Virus record (IMG/VR): IMGVR_UViG_3300036856_000108
Coordinates: 1 to 30,338 of that record
Length of the DNA: 30,338 bases
Origin: a virus
Lineage: Duplodnaviria; Caudoviricetes
Direction: 5' to 3' (one strand)
The notes below the pieces were generated by a model that did not search any database, was not told the DNA's origin, and saw only the letters and a list, made by a program, of their open reading frames with translations. Of this stretch, positions 1-9,371 are shown in pieces (position 1 is the stretch's first letter; each line of letters opens with the position of its first letter). A program made the position numbers and the translations under genes.

Positions 1-219
1 TTACATCAGGAAGGTTTGCTGGCCGTGTGAGGTCGGGTGAGGCATAACGGCGCAGATAAGGCTCGGTTTTACGATTGAGCCGTCGAACGACTCCATTGTC
101 TTAAATGTATGGCCGCAATTGATGTTTTGGCACTGGTTGTAACGCTCTTTCGTATTCTCGCTCAGGTAACGGCTGGAGCGGGTATGTGCAGCATTTTTAC
201 AGATAGGACAATGGAACAT
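1..219 (-). CDS. ogr: Late-gene transcriptional activator, Ogr/Delta C4 zinc finger
   Basis: MFHCPIC...AHTRSSRYLS...ERYNQCQNINCGHTF; ATG at 219 with GAGGTG SD upstream; 72 aa; position after gene D. Confidence 0.95.
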   Translation of the reverse strand: MFHCPICKNAAHTRSSRYLSENTKERYNQCQNINCGHTFKTMESFDGSIVKPSLICAVMPHPTSHGQQTFLM

Positions 220-255
220 AGATAACACCTCAATCAGTCGCCTTTTGATGTGATG

Positions 256-284
256 ATTTTAGCCATTTAAACCAATTAAAACAA
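256..284 (-). promoter_or_regulatory. Putative sigma70 promoter of ogr
   Basis: TTGTTT-17 bp-TAAAAT on minus strand in the D-ogr gap. Confidence 0.55.
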
Positions 285-308
285 ACAGTTATGAGTTATT
301 TTAGTGAT

Positions 309-1472
309 TTAATCTTCGGTCTCGTACTCCACGTCAGAAAGCTTGACCTCAAGCTCTAGGCTCGTCGTGTAGCCGTTATTGCTGAGTGAGTGGACAACCT
401 TAGTGATAACCCACTTCTGCTCGTCTATGACGCGCTTAAACCCGCTGACGCTGACCGGCGTCTCGGGGTATAAATCCGCCCGCCCCATTGCCAGCGTGAT
501 GGAGAACTCCGCCACGCCGCGTTGCAGCTTGTCCCACTTGGCCGCCGCTGCCCGCATCGCCTGCGCCTTGCTGGCGTAGGTGGTGGTGATCGCAAAGACG
601 TTATCCGCCTCTCCGGCCATGTACTCGCCCTCTTTGGCCTCCGGTGTTTTGGCGGGGGCTTTGGCCTTTGGCGCGGCCTTGGCCTTGGGATGCTGGAGCG
701 CGCGCAAAAACTGCACCTTGGGCTTGCGCTTGATTTTCACCACCTTCGGCTTTTTCGGCTTCGGGTCTTTAGTGTGCAGCCACTTGGCCGTCACGCCGGT
801 GTATGCCCCTCGGTCAGCAATGGCGAACTGGTGGCGATCGCCGTCGCCGCGCTCGATGGTCATCGCGGGAATGGGTTTCCCGCTGGCCGTGGTGCCGTTG
901 CCCGCTTTCAGGAATAGCAGCTTACCGGCCTTGACCGACACCTCGGCCCCGTTGCGCGTGGCGAGCCGCGTCAGGAATTTGGCGTCAGACTCCTGCGACT
1001 GGTCGATGTGCGGCACCTTGATAGCGGCAAGCTGACCGGCGACGCTGGCCGTCAGCTTATTGCGTCCTGCAATCTGCTCAACCACCTGACCGAGCGTGGT
1101 GTCGTGGTAGGACACCTCGCGGCGGGAGTTGAGCGTCCCGCGAAAATCCGCACTGCGCGCGCGAATGGTCAGCGTATCCGGCGCGCCGCGATGCTCAATC
1201 TCATCCACGGTGAAATCGCCTTTGCCAATCAGCGCCGCCCCCTGCCAGCCCAGAAACAGGGTTAGCACCGCGCCGCGCGGCGGCATGGTGACAAGCCCGT
1301 CGGAATCGTCGAGCTCGATGTCGAGCTGGTCGGCCTCAAAGCCGCGGTTGTCACTCAGGGTCAGCGACAGCAGGCGGTTACTGATATCACGCGTGATGTC
1401 TTTACCACCCAGCGTCAGCATAAAAGCGGGCGCAACCTTGGCGCCCGCGTCGAACGTCATCCCACTAATCAT
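309..1472 (-). CDS. D: Tail/baseplate hub protein gpD (late control D family)
   Basis: RLLSLTLSDNRGFEADQLDIELDD motif, 387 aa, synteny U-D-ogr. Confidence 0.93.
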   Translation of the reverse strand: MISGMTFDAGAKVAPAFMLTLGGKDITRDISNRLLSLTLSDNRGFEADQLDIELDDSDGLVTMPPRGAVLTLFLGWQGAALIGKGDFTVDEIEHRGAPDTLTIRARSADFRGTLNSRREVSYHDTTLGQVVEQIAGRNKLTASVAGQLAAIKVPHIDQSQESDAKFLTRLATRNGAEVSVKAGKLLFLKAGNGTTASGKPIPAMTIERGDGDRHQFAIADRGAYTGVTAKWLHTKDPKPKKPKVVKIKRKPKVQFLRALQHPKAKAAPKAKAPAKTPEAKEGEYMAGEADNVFAITTTYASKAQAMRAAAAKWDKLQRGVAEFSITLAMGRADLYPETPVSVSGFKRVIDEQKWVITKVVHSLSNNGYTTSLELEVKLSDVEYETED

Positions 1473-1933
1473 GTTAACAGCCCCTTGGTGTATCCTCCGG
1501 CATCGGTCAGGAGGGTGTCCGCCTGCGCCTTAAGGTCGCCAAACATGGCGAATAGTGACTCATCCACGCGGGTGAGCGACAGCGTAAACTCAATCTTTCG
1601 TGCCGCGCCGTCGCTGAAAAACTCGGTTCGCGTCTCACTGATACTGTTCACCACAAACATGCCGTAAATGGTACCGCTCCCCTCCAGCAGCGGCCACGCC
1701 TTGCCCTCATTAGCCATGACGTTGAGCGCCAGCAGGGAAAGCGTGCCGCCGGTGATTTCCGGCATCAGTACGCCGGACAGGGTAATTTTCTCCTCGTTGA
1801 CCCCGAGAAACTGCACCGTCGGGCGCTGGCCGATACGGCTGTTTGACGGCCAGCGATAATCCACGCTGCGTTGCAGGCTCTGGTAAGGCACCGTCTTAAG
1901 GTGAAAAACAAAAAAGCCGAGTGTTAACATCAT
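1469..1933 (-). CDS. U: Tail protein gpU
   Basis: MMLTLGFFVF..T.PYQ...R...YRWPSNSRIG.RP..QFLG; between T and D. Confidence 0.92.
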   Translation of the reverse strand: MMLTLGFFVFHLKTVPYQSLQRSVDYRWPSNSRIGQRPTVQFLGVNEEKITLSGVLMPEITGGTLSLLALNVMANEGKAWPLLEGSGTIYGMFVVNSISETRTEFFSDGAARKIEFTLSLTRVDESLFAMFGDLKAQADTLLTDAGGYTKGLLT

Positions 1934-1945
1934 CCTGAATTCTCC

Positions 1946-4390
1946 TTAGTCGTGGCTCATCTGTGAGCGGGCTTGGGCGCGGCGCTGGCGGTCTCGGGCT
2001 TCGAGCTGCTCGCGAATTTCCCGCCCGCTGTCCCGACCGTTGCCGCCGTCGGTCACAATCTGGTAGTTGTGCGTGCTGTTATCCTGATAATTACGGCCGC
2101 CACCGGCGGACACCGGCACGTAACCCCCACCCAGCAGCCCACCCGCTGGGGGGTAAGCCGGATCCCTGCCACCGTTTTCTTTGCTGCGGGCCAGCGCTTT
2201 GTCCGCATTTTTATCAAGGTCGGCGGACTCATTTTTAATGACCCCGAGCTTTTCCAGCAGCCAGACCACGCCGCTGCGCAGCTTGTTAGCCACCTGTAGC
2301 GGCCAAGTAAGCGCGTTAGCGAGTGCATGACCAAACGTCACCCCCGCATCCTTGCAGCTATTGAGCGTGTCCTGCGTGGATTTCACCGGCTCAATCAGGT
2401 CTTTAAACCACTGCCATACGGCTTTGAGCTTGTCGCCCAGCCACTCAAACACCGGCTTAAGCGGGGCAAACATTTCTTTCACTGGCTCAAACGCAATGCC
2501 CAGCCCCTCAATCACGCCTTTGAAAAAGGCGCTAATTGGCTCCCAGTATTTACGGATGAGCAGCGCACCGGCGACGATAGCCACGCCAACGGCGGCAATC
2601 GGCCACGTCAGCCCGCCGATGACCGTCGCAATAGCCCCACCGATGACGGTTAACCCCGACCAGAGAAAACCGGCGGCCATGATAATGGCGTTTATCCCGC
2701 CAATAACCGGCCCGATAACCAGCCCGATAGCCCCCAGCGCGCCGGTGATAATCAGCGCCCCGCCGGCAAGCTTGGCAATGGTGCCCGCCAGCGACTTATT
2801 GTTAACAATCCACTTATCGAGCTTGAGCACGTACTTTGTCGCGGTCTGCACCAGATGGCGCAAAGACTTCTCCTGCTGGTCAAAGAGATCGGTACCCACG
2901 GCTTCGTAAGCAGACTGAAATTCCTTAAAGTCGCCGCCGAGGTTGTTCTGCATGATCGCGACCAGCGCGGCGGTTTTGCCGTCAGACTCCTGTAACGCCT
3001 TGGTCAGCGCGTCAAGCTTGCCCGAGCTGGCACCGGTCATCAGCACCGCCGCCGCCGAGCTGGCCTCCTCGCCAAAGACGGCTTTCATGTACTGCGCGCG
3101 CTGGGCGTCGCCGAGCTTGTTTTTATCAAAGCTCTTTTGCATTTCTTTCAGGATGACGAACAGCGGGCGCATGTTGCCCTTGCTGTCCGCCGTCTTGACC
3201 CGCAGCTCACTCAGCGCCGTGGCGGCGTTATTGGTCGGTGCCTGTAGTCGGGTAATGACCGCGCGGGTACCCGTACCGGCCATGGAGCCGGTAATTTTGG
3301 CGTCAGCCAGCGCGGCGGCCATGGCGGCGGTTTGCTCGACGCTGATACCGGCATTTTTCGCCACCGGCGCGGCGTAGGTCATGGTGTCGCTCAGGCCGTC
3401 GAACGTGGCCGCCGACTTGTTCATGGCGGTAGAAATCACGTCACCAATGTGCTCGGCCTTGTCGTTGCTCATGCCAAACGCGGATTTCACCCCCATCAGC
3501 AGCGTGGCGTTTTCCTCCATGCTGCGTTTGTTGGAAAGCGACAGGTTCAGAATGGTCGGCGTGGCCGCCAGAATGCCGTCTTTGTCCGCGCCGGATTTCG
3601 CCACGATGATTTGCGCGGCGGCGGCGTCATCGGCGCTGGCCGCCGTGTTATCCCCCAGTAAGCGCGCCTGTTTTTTAAGGCTCTGCATGTCCGCCGAGTC
3701 TTTCTCTAAACCGAGCACCGCCTGCAACTCAGAGTTTTTCTGCGCGAAGTTATAGCCGGGCATGAGCACAGCACCACCGGCCACCACTCCGGCGGTAGCC
3801 ACGCCCACGCCCATGGCACCGGCGGCGGTGACGCTGCCCGCTACGTGCTTACCGGCCTGATAGCGGTTCTGAATGCCGTTGAGCCTCGCCTGCTGCGAAC
3901 TGACGCGGGCAAGGGAGGCGCGCTGGCGGTCGAGCTGGGCATTGGTTTCACTCAGGGAGGTTCTGAGGCGTCGCTCGGAGTCGGATAGGGTGCGGGTGCT
4001 GATACCCGCCTGCGAGAGCTCAAGCCGCTGGCGCTGTACCGACTGGCGCAGGCCGTTGTACTTGGTTTGCAGCTCGGAGGCCGAGCGCTTGGCCGAGTCC
4101 AGCGCCTGCGCCTGCGCGCGGGTCGGGTTCTCGGTGTTTTTAAACTGAATGGCGAGCTGTGCAGCCTCCTGCTTGGCGTCTTTCAGTTTCTGGCCGGTGA
4201 CGGCGAGCTGCGCGCTGGTTTTACGAAAACCCTCAATCCGCCCCGCTTGGGCGTTCATTTCCTTAATCGAGCCTTGGGTTTTGCGGATGTCCTCAGACAG
4301 CGATTTACTCGCTGTCTGGACGGTTTTAAACGGGCGGCTTGCTTGGTCAACGGCTTTGAGTAATACCTGCAACGTCACGTTGTTACTCAT
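1946..4390 (-). CDS. T: Tail tape measure protein gpT
   Basis: MSNNVTLQVLLKAVDQASRPFK start, coiled-coil N-terminus, TP901-type core, hydrophobic segments; ATG at 4390 overlaps the E' end. Confidence 0.93.
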   Translation of the reverse strand: MSNNVTLQVLLKAVDQASRPFKTVQTASKSLSEDIRKTQGSIKEMNAQAGRIEGFRKTSAQLAVTGQKLKDAKQEAAQLAIQFKNTENPTRAQAQALDSAKRSASELQTKYNGLRQSVQRQRLELSQAGISTRTLSDSERRLRTSLSETNAQLDRQRASLARVSSQQARLNGIQNRYQAGKHVAGSVTAAGAMGVGVATAGVVAGGAVLMPGYNFAQKNSELQAVLGLEKDSADMQSLKKQARLLGDNTAASADDAAAAQIIVAKSGADKDGILAATPTILNLSLSNKRSMEENATLLMGVKSAFGMSNDKAEHIGDVISTAMNKSAATFDGLSDTMTYAAPVAKNAGISVEQTAAMAAALADAKITGSMAGTGTRAVITRLQAPTNNAATALSELRVKTADSKGNMRPLFVILKEMQKSFDKNKLGDAQRAQYMKAVFGEEASSAAAVLMTGASSGKLDALTKALQESDGKTAALVAIMQNNLGGDFKEFQSAYEAVGTDLFDQQEKSLRHLVQTATKYVLKLDKWIVNNKSLAGTIAKLAGGALIITGALGAIGLVIGPVIGGINAIIMAAGFLWSGLTVIGGAIATVIGGLTWPIAAVGVAIVAGALLIRKYWEPISAFFKGVIEGLGIAFEPVKEMFAPLKPVFEWLGDKLKAVWQWFKDLIEPVKSTQDTLNSCKDAGVTFGHALANALTWPLQVANKLRSGVVWLLEKLGVIKNESADLDKNADKALARSKENGGRDPAYPPAGGLLGGGYVPVSAGGGRNYQDNSTHNYQIVTDGGNGRDSGREIREQLEARDRQRRAQARSQMSHD

Positions 4391-4562
4391 TGGCGTGTCC
4401 ACTTCGTTCGAGCGCTTTTTCGCGCCAGTTGACGAGCTCGGTCAGGCTCATCGGATAGAGTTCTGACGGCGGCCAGTGAAACACCGCCGCCACGTCGGCC
4501 ATGAGGTCATCCACCCCCAATTTTGGCGGGTAGGTTATTGGCCCGAATTCGGCGCTAAAAAA
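4383..4562 (-). CDS. E': gpE' extension (-1 frame) of tail assembly chaperone E+E'
   Basis: -1 frame from the T6 run reads FFSAEFGP...VDDLMADVAAVFHWPPSELYPMSLTELVNWREKAL, the P2 gpE' signature. Confidence 0.9.
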   Translation of the reverse strand, partial: FFSAEFGPITYPPKLGVDDLMADVAAVFHWPPSELYPMSLTELVNWREKALERSGHANE

Positions 4563-4837
4563 CCGATCACCTTGCTGGCAAGCGTCACGAAGTCCGGCAG
4601 CTCCAGCGCGGCACACTCCTCTTTGGTAAGGCTCGGGTAGGTAATGCGCGGCAACACCGTGATTAGGGCGTCAACGTTAGAGTTTGCCACGTCGGCCAGA
4701 CTGACCCCGCGCAGCGTTCCCGCGTTCGGGCGGATAACGGTAACGGTCTCGATAACCGTCTCACCGCGTTTAATCGGCGTGTCCAGCGTGATGACGTTCG
4801 GGTTTTCTGCACTATTTGTGGTCGCTAATTCGCTCAT
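4535..4837 (-). CDS. E: Tail assembly chaperone gpE
   Basis: ITLDTPIKRG...PNAGTLRGVSL...VDALITVLPR; between FII and T. Confidence 0.92.
   Translation of the reverse strand: MSELATTNSAENPNVITLDTPIKRGETVIETVTVIRPNAGTLRGVSLADVANSNVDALITVLPRITYPSLTKEECAALELPDFVTLASKVIGFLAPNSGQ
4556..4562 (-). other. Programmed -1 frameshift site T TTT TTA in gene E
   Basis: GGT TTT TTA near the 3' end of E with open E' frame; P2 uses a T6 run at the equivalent position. Confidence 0.88.
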
Positions 4838-4868
4838 CTTTTTATCTCTTCAATTTGGGAAAGTGGGA

Positions 4869-4888
4869 GCGGCCAGCTTACTGGCCGC
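4869..4888 (-). terminator. GC-rich hairpin between FII and E (stabiliser or partial terminator)
   Basis: GCGGCCAG-4 nt-CTGGCCGC perfect 8-bp stem; only a weak U-tract. Confidence 0.45.
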
Positions 4889-4895
4889 CGGTGTA

Positions 4896-5414
4896 TTACA
4901 GGCCGATATTGCGGCGGTGCGCTTCGAGCATGTCCTTACCGTTGACGATTTCGACCATGTTCACGGTGTCGATTTCAATCAGTGTCTTACCGTCGATCGT
5001 CAGCTTGTAATACGTGCATTGCGTCGAGATTTTGCTCTCGGTGTTCTCGCCCTGCTTCATGTCGCCGAGGTCGATTTCTTTGTGACGGCCACGCAGCACA
5101 ATCTCGACGGCGGACACGTCGCCGGTGTCGTCGCGCTGGAATGAACCGGCAAAGCGCAGCGGCACGGCGGCGCTGCTGGCGGCGGCGTACTGCGCCCACA
5201 GCGTTTCGTCAGGCAGGCCACCGAGCGACCACTCGACGGTCAGCGCGTCGTCGTCCAGCCCCAAGTCCACCGCTGCCGAGCCGTTCATGCCGCCACCGCG
5301 ATAGTTCTCAAGCTTGCGGGTCAGCTTCGGCAACGTGACCGACTGCACCACGCCCATGTAGCTCAGGCCGTCGTTAAACAGGTTGAGGTATTTCAGTTTG
5401 CGAGGGAGTGCCAT
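4896..5414 (-). CDS. FII: Major tail tube protein
   Basis: MALPRKLKYLNLFNDG...LPKLTRKLENYRGGGM; 172 aa. Confidence 0.96.
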   Translation of the reverse strand: MALPRKLKYLNLFNDGLSYMGVVQSVTLPKLTRKLENYRGGGMNGSAAVDLGLDDDALTVEWSLGGLPDETLWAQYAAASSAAVPLRFAGSFQRDDTGDVSAVEIVLRGRHKEIDLGDMKQGENTESKISTQCTYYKLTIDGKTLIEIDTVNMVEIVNGKDMLEAHRRNIGL

Positions 5415-5427
5415 GTCTCAGGGTTCC

Positions 5428-6615
5428 TTAGCTGTTTACGGAGGCGGCCAGACTGACCAGATAGGTGTCGGTAATACGCTGGCGCAAAATCAGGCTTTCC
5501 AGCGGCGGTACCGGCGTGTAGTCGTAATCGATATAGAGCTTCCCAGCTTTCAGGGTCTCTTTACCGTTCGACGCCGGATCAAACCAGCAGGTGCCGTCAA
5601 TGATGTAGCCGTTAGATTTCAGCTCGCGGAACTTGGCGTTAATGCCGTCCACGATGTCGCGGATTAGCGTAGGGGTCACCGGCTTATCAACGGCCCACAT
5701 GTGCGCCTCGGCCATAGTGTCGGCCAGCACCTGCGCGGTGCGGGTGTAGTTCTCAAACTGGAATAGCGGGTCATCGGCACAGGTGCGGTTTCCCCAGAAG
5801 CGAAAACCGTCTTTACGAACCAGCGTGGTGACGCCCGCCTCGTTGAGCAGGTCGGCATCGGTGCCGGACGCCTGTAAATCCCAGAACACCGAGGCATCGA
5901 TACCGGACACGCCGTTAACGCCAACGTTTGACAGGGTTTTATGCCAGCCGGTCTCTTGGTCGATTTTGGCGCGCAGGCCCAGCGCGCGGGCGGTGGCGTA
6001 GGCTTTTTGGCTGCTGTTTGTCACGGTGTCCCACGCGAGGAAGTCAGGCCAGATAAGCATCAGCTCGCGCTGGCTGAAATTGTCGCGGTACTTGATAGCG
6101 TCGGAGATCGTGCGACAGCCCCACGCGCTGATATAGCCAAAGGCGCGCAACGACTGGCACACGCCCGCCAGCGCCGTGGCAACGTCGAGCGAATCGAGTG
6201 CCGGAACGCCGAGAATGCGCGGCTTCACGCCGGTGACGGCCTCGGCGGTAAGCAGCGCTTTCAGGCCGGTGTATTTACCGTTTTCATCCGCGCCGCCGAT
6301 GATGTTAGAGACGGTTTCCGCCTGCGCTTCGGCAGGGTCTTTATTCTCGGATTCCGCCACGCGCACGACGACGGTCACGGGGTTGCACTGGTCAGCAATC
6401 GCGGCCAGAGAAGCGGCCAGCGTGCCTTTTTTACCGGCCTTGCCTTGGGCGGCGATCACATCGGTGATTAATACCGGCGTATTCAGTGGGAAAAGGGTAG
6501 CGTCGGCATCGTTGGCCGTGCAGACCATGCCGATAATTGCCGTCGAAACGGTGGAAATAACGCGCGTGCCGTCGTTGATTTCAACAACCTGCACGCCGTG
6601 GTGAAAGTCACTCAT
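5428..6615 (-). CDS. FI: Major tail sheath protein
   Basis: MSDFHHGVQVVEINDGTRVISTVSTAIIGMVCTA...GFRFWGNRTC; ATG 6615 with GGAG SD. Confidence 0.96.
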   Translation of the reverse strand: MSDFHHGVQVVEINDGTRVISTVSTAIIGMVCTANDADATLFPLNTPVLITDVIAAQGKAGKKGTLAASLAAIADQCNPVTVVVRVAESENKDPAEAQAETVSNIIGGADENGKYTGLKALLTAEAVTGVKPRILGVPALDSLDVATALAGVCQSLRAFGYISAWGCRTISDAIKYRDNFSQRELMLIWPDFLAWDTVTNSSQKAYATARALGLRAKIDQETGWHKTLSNVGVNGVSGIDASVFWDLQASGTDADLLNEAGVTTLVRKDGFRFWGNRTCADDPLFQFENYTRTAQVLADTMAEAHMWAVDKPVTPTLIRDIVDGINAKFRELKSNGYIIDGTCWFDPASNGKETLKAGKLYIDYDYTPVPPLESLILRQRITDTYLVSLAASVNS

Positions 6616-6646
6616 CGGGTTAACTCCGTAATGGATTTGCAAGGTC

Positions 6647-6708
6647 ATTTTGTTGTTTCGGGCGAGTCAGGGCGAGGCGCTAGCGTTCTGGGAGGAGAGA
6701 CACAACAG
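6647..6708 (-). promoter_or_regulatory. Ogr-activated late promoter pF
   Basis: CTGTTGT-N12-AGAACG (6708-6684) and -10-like CAAAAT (6652-6647); same spacing as pV and pO. Confidence 0.75.
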
Positions 6709-6712
6709 ACAG

Positions 6713-6735
6713 AAAAAAGCCCCAGTCATGGGGCT
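6713..6735 (-). terminator. Rho-independent terminator of the V-G operon
   Basis: AGCCCCA-4 nt-TGGGGCT stem followed by a T run on minus strand, just downstream of G. Confidence 0.8.
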
Positions 6736-6757
6736 ATCATTGCGATTCAGGGCGCGG

Positions 6758-7270
6758 CTATTTAGGTGGGGCGGGCCAGTCGATATCTGGTGCGGCGGAA
6801 ACATCAATGCGACTGAGCAAAACGCTGTATTTCTCCCAGTCTTCGAGCTGGCTTTTTTCTCCGTCGGTTGCCATTTTCAGTCTGACCGCGCGGGAAAGCT
6901 GCTCAATCGTTTTTTCAGCCGTGGCAATAAGCGATCCCTTTTTAGCCATGGCATCCATCACCAGCGTATCAGGGGCAATTAATTTGCCCTCTTTTAACAT
7001 CCAGTCAAACTTGTCAATCAACCCGTCTGGCGCGGACTTCTTCGGCATTTCATACACGTTAAATCCGCTTGGAAAAAGCATTTCGCCTCGGTCACTGGCA
7101 CAGGAGACATTACCTTCATCATCAACCAGCAGGTAAATATTTTTACTTACCCGCTCCGCATCATGAGAAATGCTGTACCAGTCGATGCCCTCATCATTTT
7201 TTAAATAGTTCGCCGTCGGCAGGGGCGGATTTTTCGGCGTGTAACGTTCAAATTTTCCCAACAATTTCAT
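6758..7270 (-). CDS. G: Tail fibre assembly chaperone (Tfa/gpG-like)
   Basis: C-terminal L.RAVRL.MATD.EK..LEDWEKYSVLLSRIDVS.APDIDWP..P; follows the fibre gene. Confidence 0.88.
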   Translation of the reverse strand: MKLLGKFERYTPKNPPLPTANYLKNDEGIDWYSISHDAERVSKNIYLLVDDEGNVSCASDRGEMLFPSGFNVYEMPKKSAPDGLIDKFDWMLKEGKLIAPDTLVMDAMAKKGSLIATAEKTIEQLSRAVRLKMATDGEKSQLEDWEKYSVLLSRIDVSAAPDIDWPAPPK

Positions 7271-7274
7271 TTTA

Positions 7275-9365
7275 TTACCCCCCTAAGTTGTACCAGTTAC
7301 CGTTAATAAGTTTCATGACATAGGCGTAGACCACGCGGTTAACGCGGTTGTCGTTGTATGTCTGCGAGGCAATGTTGACCGCACCGGCTGGGATGAGGTT
7401 TTCCCACGCATCACTCCAGCCTGCGCCGCCACTCCAAAACACCACACGCGGCCCAATTTTTACATCAGCAACAAAATTAGCGGTCGCCCATCGAATAACG
7501 TCGTCGATTCGGACGTTAACCCAGTCATAGCGAGCAAGAGCTACAACCTCATTATTGCTTGAGTGGCGCATATATGGCGATTGAGGGTTGCCAGCAGCGA
7601 AACCGGCGTAACTACAGGTGTCCGCTGCTACCGCACCAATCTCATTAGGCAGTGGGCGATAGTTAGGACTGTACACGCGGACGTTAGGCGTATCGTAAAC
7701 CCCCGAACCCGCCTGAATAATCCCTTTGTTCCAGATGTTGCGATCTGTGTAAATATCATTAACCGCATTAATGCCGCCTCCGGCCGTAACGCTGCCCACG
7801 GCTGAAATGTTTTTCTCCGCGTATACGTCGCCTGGACTATAGAAATTACCGTTTGCGGGGTCGAATGACCAAGAAACTGAGGTTTTGCCGTCGGTAGTAA
7901 TGTTGATCACTCCGATGGGAAAATTGTTATTCCCCGTTGTTACCCCGCCCAGACTAATCGCCGCAGCATAGCCATAACCTGTGGTTTGAAGGATGCCTTT
8001 AACGATAGGGTGATACTGACTAACCCCCTGTGGGGCCATAAATCCGTAAGGCACCATAAACGGCGCGGAGCCGTTATCGTATTGAGATGCATATGCACCC
8101 GCACCCTCCCAAGAGCCGGACTTACTCGCAAAGTGTCGAGCACCATTGATGTACTCTACGTCTCCGCCAGCCGTGGAAAGTGCACCAACATCGCTCGCAG
8201 ACGGTACATTGTTGGGGCTGTATACGCGGACATGTCCGCCTGATTCATAAAGCGCTCTTGATGCAATAACATCCCGCCCTGACGCAATATCTCGGTCGCC
8301 TCCAGACGTTACGTCACCCGTTGCATTCATAGAACCATTGAGCTGACCGCCCGTTGCTGGATATGCCCCGACATCAGCCGAATTGGGCTTATTGCTCTCA
8401 CAATAAAGTGCGCCAAAAGGCGTATTATCAATCTGAGCTAATATTTTGTTGCCGTCGCTCCACCCAATATGCACCACATTATTGCTTCTCATTCCAACGC
8501 CGCCGCCTTGCTGCACGGCACCCACATTGCCTGCGTTGATAGCAATATCTCTAGACCCGTCAAAATCGACACCGGCAATCTTTCGCGCGGTTGCGAGCTT
8601 ACTGGCGGCGACAGCAGTCCCGTTCGAGGGCAGCGCGTCAACATCCGAGGCGCGGATAGAAATGTCTTGGGTTCCGTCAAAGGTATTACCGGCAATCTTG
8701 CGCGCGGTCTCCAGTTTTTTGGCAGCGACAGCGGTACCGCCCGAGGGTAGTCGCCCGTTTGCGTTGTCATTCGCCGCTTTAACAGCTTTCGGCGTGGCCG
8801 CCAGCGTTTCACTGGTGCTGTTTGTCGCGCTGTTAAGCTGCACAAAGCCTTTCGCGGTGAGCGTGCCGTCAGGGTGGTTGCGGCTTTTCTCATGCGCGGC
8901 CAGCAGGTCATTCACATACTCTTCGGTGGCGACAATCAGCGAGTCGTCAAGGGTCAGCGTCACCGCGCTGGTATCTGTCACGGTAATAACCATGCGCAGG
9001 GTCTGCGTGCGCCCTGACCCCTCGGCCAGTGTCGGCTTGTAGGTGTCGGCCATGTTGCAGACGGCAATCAGCACGCCGTCAGCGTCGTACAGCCCCATTT
9101 CACGCATCCAGAAGCCGCCCACGCTGGCGGAAATAATCGCCTCGGCAATCACCCAGTTGGCATTTTTTGCATCTAGCCTTAACGAGTTCAGCTTGGTGCG
9201 GTACACCTCTTTTACGAGCTGGGTTTGCGTAGCAACCGGCTGCACGGACTTTCCGCCGCCGTCACCGATTGCCATTTCAATAATATTAATGTCTTTGCCG
9301 GACTGGATAGCGCCGGCGATGCTCGCCTGACCAAGCGTGGTCACGACGGATTTAAACGTAGCCAT
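7275..9365 (-). CDS. H: Tail fibre protein gpH
   Basis: P2-H N-terminus (GGFWMREMGLYD..G.LIAV.N...YKP.LAEGSGRTQT), HPDGTLTAKGFVQLNSATNS repeat, variable C-terminus. Confidence 0.92.
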   Translation of the reverse strand: MATFKSVVTTLGQASIAGAIQSGKDINIIEMAIGDGGGKSVQPVATQTQLVKEVYRTKLNSLRLDAKNANWVIAEAIISASVGGFWMREMGLYDADGVLIAVCNMADTYKPTLAEGSGRTQTLRMVITVTDTSAVTLTLDDSLIVATEEYVNDLLAAHEKSRNHPDGTLTAKGFVQLNSATNSTSETLAATPKAVKAANDNANGRLPSGGTAVAAKKLETARKIAGNTFDGTQDISIRASDVDALPSNGTAVAASKLATARKIAGVDFDGSRDIAINAGNVGAVQQGGGVGMRSNNVVHIGWSDGNKILAQIDNTPFGALYCESNKPNSADVGAYPATGGQLNGSMNATGDVTSGGDRDIASGRDVIASRALYESGGHVRVYSPNNVPSASDVGALSTAGGDVEYINGARHFASKSGSWEGAGAYASQYDNGSAPFMVPYGFMAPQGVSQYHPIVKGILQTTGYGYAAAISLGGVTTGNNNFPIGVINITTDGKTSVSWSFDPANGNFYSPGDVYAEKNISAVGSVTAGGGINAVNDIYTDRNIWNKGIIQAGSGVYDTPNVRVYSPNYRPLPNEIGAVAADTCSYAGFAAGNPQSPYMRHSSNNEVVALARYDWVNVRIDDVIRWATANFVADVKIGPRVVFWSGGAGWSDAWENLIPAGAVNIASQTYNDNRVNRVVYAYVMKLINGNWYNLGG
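8517..8750 (-). repeat. Two tandem 117-bp (39-aa) repeats in the tail fibre
   Basis: LPSGGTAVAAKKLETARKIAGNTFDGTQDISIRASDVDA / LPSNGTAVAASKLATARKIAGVDFDGSRDIAINAGNVGA. Confidence 0.85.
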
Positions 9366-9371
9366 GGATAC

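Noticed and set aside
625-770. Lys/Pro/Ala-rich low-complexity stretch in gpD
   Set aside because: A basic loop is usual in P2-family gpD
6710-6757. Moron slots between G and FI, and between S and V
   Set aside because: Both are empty here; only terminator and promoter sequence
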